From an uncultured cyanobacterium (GTDB lineage Bacteria > Cyanobacteriota > Cyanobacteriia > PCC-9006 > JAAUQQ01), in the NCBI GenBank assembly GCA_963718615.1, contig OY970368.1, forward strand, positions 3,328,001 through 3,392,000: a DNA stretch of 64,000 bases. Reading direction: 5' to 3'. Below, in pieces: positions 61,065 to 64,000 of the stretch. A model generated the notes under the pieces. It saw nothing but the letters and a program-made list of their open reading frames with translations, was not told where the DNA came from and did no database searches. The position numbers were made by a program, and so were the translations under genes. The number at the start of each line of letters is the position of its first letter. Positions within the stretch are counted from its first letter, which is position 1.

Positions 61065-62093
61065 CTAAGGACGAATACTTTTGATGACGCTGTCGTCCAT
61101 CAGTAGAGTTGGATCAACTGTCTTTTTCAATAAACCGTTCTGTTTCATAATTGTTACAAGATGTTTTGAGCTTTGTACTAAAGTAGATTCTTGACTTCCT
61201 AATAGAGTTTTATTTTCTTCTAGACTCGGGACTCTTACTCCTTTTAAGGATGCTAAGAAGTCTGTAGACGACATATTGTAATCAGCAGCCAAGAGTTCAG
61301 CAGATTTTTGAGGATTTGCTTCTAGATATTCTTGAGCCTTAAACCATCCTTCCAGTAGGTGTTTTAGATTACGATGTTGATTTTTGAGCGTCTCTGTATG
61401 CACACCCAGAACATCGACAATCTCTCCAGGAATCTGGCTACTATCAAATAGGTGATTTGCACCTTCCGTAACCAGTCGAGAGCTCATCGGTTCATAGGTC
61501 ACTAATCCATCAACCTTGTCTTTTTTAAAGGCTTGACCATGTTCGAAGGTTGCCAAAGGGACGATTTGCAAATCCTTAGTTGAAAGATTTACGGTTTCTA
61601 GAGCTCGGGTTAGAAGAAACGCACCTAATCCTGATGATTCAACGCCGACTCGCTTCCCTGATAGTTCCTTTAAACTGGAAATGTCAGGCTTGCCTAAAAT
61701 CGCATCGGCTCCATGGGAGCTGTCAATAACTAAGACAAAGCGCATATCCTGCATGACCTCAGCGATTGGCATTGCATCGTTCATCGTCAATGCAACGGCG
61801 TCAAGTTCACCATTTCGAAAGGCTTTGAACATTGCACTATTGGAAGAATAGGTTGTTAGGTTGGCAACATTAGAATCGTAATACTTTAAGTCCTTTGCAA
61901 GATAAAAGCTTGCATATCCTGGCCAAACAACAACACCTATCCTGATAGGATTTTCTCCAATTTGAATACAGGACGGCAAAGAAACGGTACAGAACAAAGA
62001 AACGAGAAGAAGGGAAATCCATTGAACTTTCAATTGAGAAGCAAACAACTTGATACAAGACAAAGTTTTTGCTTTCAAGAGACTTAGATCCAT
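61065..62093 (-). CDS. NMT1/THI5/SsuA-type substrate-binding lipoprotein
   Basis: Lipobox-like SLPSC; IGVVVWPGY..FYLA, DSSHGADAI, L.GKRVGVE, VTYEP, FDSSQIPGEIVDVL, WFKA. Confidence 0.85.
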   Translation of the reverse strand: MDLSLLKAKTLSCIKLFASQLKVQWISLLLVSLFCTVSLPSCIQIGENPIRIGVVVWPGYASFYLAKDLKYYDSNVANLTTYSSNSAMFKAFRNGELDAVALTMNDAMPIAEVMQDMRFVLVIDSSHGADAILGKPDISSLKELSGKRVGVESSGLGAFLLTRALETVNLSTKDLQIVPLATFEHGQAFKKDKVDGLVTYEPMSSRLVTEGANHLFDSSQIPGEIVDVLGVHTETLKNQHRNLKHLLEGWFKAQEYLEANPQKSAELLAADYNMSSTDFLASLKGVRVPSLEENKTLLGSQESTLVQSSKHLVTIMKQNGLLKKTVDPTLLMDDSVIKSIRP

Positions 62094-62146
62094 GACTCAA
62101 TACCTCAAAAATAAAGAGAAAAACTATATTGGTTTATTAATGAAAC

Positions 62147-63199
62147 CTATTGGTTAGACGCTAGTGCTTCAATAAGATGATTGTCAATCAATTCTTCTAG
62201 TGGATAAATCTTTTGAAGATGGTGACTTTGTGCCAATTCTTCTTGAAGCTTATGTACACATTTTTCTAACCATGATTCTTTGAGAGAGAGCATCCTTGCA
62301 TTTTCCTCTAAAGTATATTCATGAATTCCTTGCATTGCTTTGAAAAGTTCTTTACTCATTAGCTTATTGCGAGCAAAAATTATTTTAGCCGCATCTTGAG
62401 GCTTGTTTCTGTAGTATTCTTGTGCTTTAAACCAACCGTTTATGAGCTCTTGAAGAGCTAATTTATAGCTTTCTATTGAATCATCTCGAACCAACAAAAC
62501 ATCAACGATCTCGTTCAGCATTTGATGACTACTAAAGACTTCTTGAGCTCCTTCTGCTATTAGCTGAGAAAGAATTGGTTCATAGGTGATAATCGTAGAA
62601 ACTGATGACTGACGGAATGAATTAATTTGATCATTCAGATCAAGGGGAACAACCTGAATATCCTCTATCGTCAGTCCTGCCAGATCGAGTAGACGTGTGA
62701 GCATTAAGGTTCCCCGGCTCGAAGCTTCTATAGCAACAGTTTGTTTTTTTAATTCATAGAGAGATTTTATAGGATTTCGAGTAATAACAGCATCTGCCCC
62801 ACAGGAACTACTCAAGATCAAGACAATTTTGAGATGCGGATCTGTATCTGAAAGAAGCAAAGCATCTCCCAATGAAAGCAGTAATCCGTCAAGTTGCTGA
62901 TTGCGAAAGGCACGATTTTTATCTTCAACGGTAGGATAATTAATCAGCCTAATATCTTGTTGATCGTAATAGCCTAAACGTTGAGCAAGATAAACGTTGT
63001 TATAAGAAAGGCCAGTAGTTGTTCCAATTCTGAGAGGAGCTGCATTCGAGGTGCAACTCACAAAGGCTAGACTAATAGCGCTAATGAGTCCAACCAAAAG
63101 CGTCTTGAAGCGATGTTTTTTGGGAACCGGCGATCGCCAAGCGGAATATATTCTATTGATCAATCTAATTGATCTAAGTGGTAGAGAACGGCGCATCAC
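62147..63199 (-). CDS. NMT1/THI5/SsuA-type substrate-binding lipoprotein (paralog)
   Basis: Lipobox-like AFVSC; YLAQRLGYY, SSSCGADAV, ITYEP, FSSHQM.NEIVDVL. WFKAQEY is shared with the adjacent paralog. Confidence 0.82.
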   Translation of the reverse strand: MMRRSLPLRSIRLINRIYSAWRSPVPKKHRFKTLLVGLISAISLAFVSCTSNAAPLRIGTTTGLSYNNVYLAQRLGYYDQQDIRLINYPTVEDKNRAFRNQQLDGLLLSLGDALLLSDTDPHLKIVLILSSSCGADAVITRNPIKSLYELKKQTVAIEASSRGTLMLTRLLDLAGLTIEDIQVVPLDLNDQINSFRQSSVSTIITYEPILSQLIAEGAQEVFSSHQMLNEIVDVLLVRDDSIESYKLALQELINGWFKAQEYYRNKPQDAAKIIFARNKLMSKELFKAMQGIHEYTLEENARMLSLKESWLEKCVHKLQEELAQSHHLQKIYPLEELIDNHLIEALASNQ

Positions 63200-63648
63200 C
63201 TTTACTTACCCAACAAACTGCTGGAAATTGACTCATTATCCTTTTGACCCATTAATCGCCTTTAACTCCGTCTCTGTTTTATAGAAAAGCGGTTTATCTA
63301 CGGCTTTGGATAGGATGTCCTTCAGTATGCCCAGCGAGATTTTAAAACCGACAAAATTTGATTAGTCCGTAAAACCTAGGAAGCACTTGAGTCATGATTC
63401 TCTAGGAAACCGTGTTTTTACTCAATTCTCCTTAGTCAGGGTTATCTATGCTAGATATGTAGATCTTGTCTATGGGCTTCATCTCTATTACTTAGAAGCT
63501 GTCTGCTTAAATGTTATCCGTCTTGTCGTTTTCCATCTTGATTGCTATCTAGCGTTGATCACTCAGTTGATTCATCAAGTTGGTACACTCAATTAGTACG
63601 TCGCCATTCTCATCCATCATTCTTGTACGTTGTAGAGTTTTGAACACA

Positions 63649-64000
63649 ATGAAATCCTCTGTGCATAGGCTGAATGACATTACCCAGCATGAAATTGAGG
63701 CACTCAAACATGAATATAATATGTCTGATGCTCATACACATCAATCTCAGTCTCCAAGCCAGAGGAAAATTGTAGAGCGTCTACCACAGCTTTGGTTTGA
63801 CGCAGAGAATAAGCGACAACATGAGTTAGAGCAATGCTTCTTAGAAAATTTCTTTCGGGTACAGGGACGACCTTGGGCGCTTAAAAATAAGCTTCCTATG
63901 CTGGTCTATTCAGCTTCAATTGCAATGGCAATTACTGCAAACTACCTGCTTAAGAAAAAGCTGACTGTAAGTTTAATTCATCCATGTTTTGACAACTTGG
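63649..64000 (+). CDS. RohP/MppP-family PLP- and O2-dependent L-arginine oxidase, 3'-truncated by window (not in ORF track)
   Basis: Hand translation from ATG 63649, open to the window end: MKSSVHRLNDITQHEIEALKHEYNMSDAHTHQSQSPSQRKIVERLPQLWFDAE...VYSASIAM...LTVSLIHPCFDNL. Matches the RohP N-terminus as I recall it (DLTQHEIQAL..YNLADAHTHQ.QS.SQ..IV.RLPQLW..AE...PCFDNL). Confidence 0.82.
   Translation, partial: MKSSVHRLNDITQHEIEALKHEYNMSDAHTHQSQSPSQRKIVERLPQLWFDAENKRQHELEQCFLENFFRVQGRPWALKNKLPMLVYSASIAMAITANYLLKKKLTVSLIHPCFDNL

Larger units (their letters stand above)
1..64000. repeat. HIP1 octamer GCGATCGC dispersed repeat
   Basis: Very frequent in core genes (more than 20 copies by eye in 36-46 kb). 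Sparse in the giant adhesin and in the 52-64 kb island. Confidence 0.95.

Noticed and set aside
63051-63596. Short ORFs 63051..63284 and 63387..63596
   Set aside because: No recognisable motifs. One is antisense to the SBP start and the other lies in the divergent promoter region.
63649-64000. Guanitoxin (gnt) or complete azomycin cluster call
   Set aside because: Only the first 117 codons of one gene are visible. The motifs fit RohP/MppP-type oxidases, but the product cannot be assigned without the downstream genes.

Overview
Cyanobacterial chromosome segment, identified by the dense HIP1 octamer GCGATCGC, psbA and the guaB-Yfr1-trxA locus. 1-13.3 kb: mostly core genes, namely a carbamoyltransferase with an SxtJ-like gene, Uma2, dapF carrying an extra Cys-rich C-terminal domain, hfq, M23 peptidase, ComFB, L,D-transpeptidase, sigG with anti-sigma factor, phytol kinase and an arsS pair. 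14-30 kb: cell-surface cluster of an inverse-autotransporter-like beta-helix protein, a 3773-aa RTX/TSP3 adhesin with a recent 2229-bp internal duplication, and an LRR/FG-GAP protein. 30-52 kb: housekeeping genes (Ca/Na antiporter, K channel, psbA, tex, clpR-clpP, lptA-lptB-lptF/G, guaB, Yfr1 sRNA, trxA, LOG). 52-64 kb: AT-rich, HIP1-poor island. It encodes two transporter-less NMT1-type binding lipoproteins, a hybrid histidine kinase, a receiver, a PP2C phosphatase, an Slr1658/Slr1659 (SiaB/SiaC-like) partner switch and a PAS-GGDEF-EAL-GGDEF enzyme. Divergent from these, at the window edge and absent from the ORF track, is a RohP/MppP-type PLP-dependent L-arginine oxidase gene. The best candidate for a new system is this island, read as a make-and-sense circuit in which an arginine-derived signal controls c-di-GMP. 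All family assignments come from motif recognition by eye; no searches were run.
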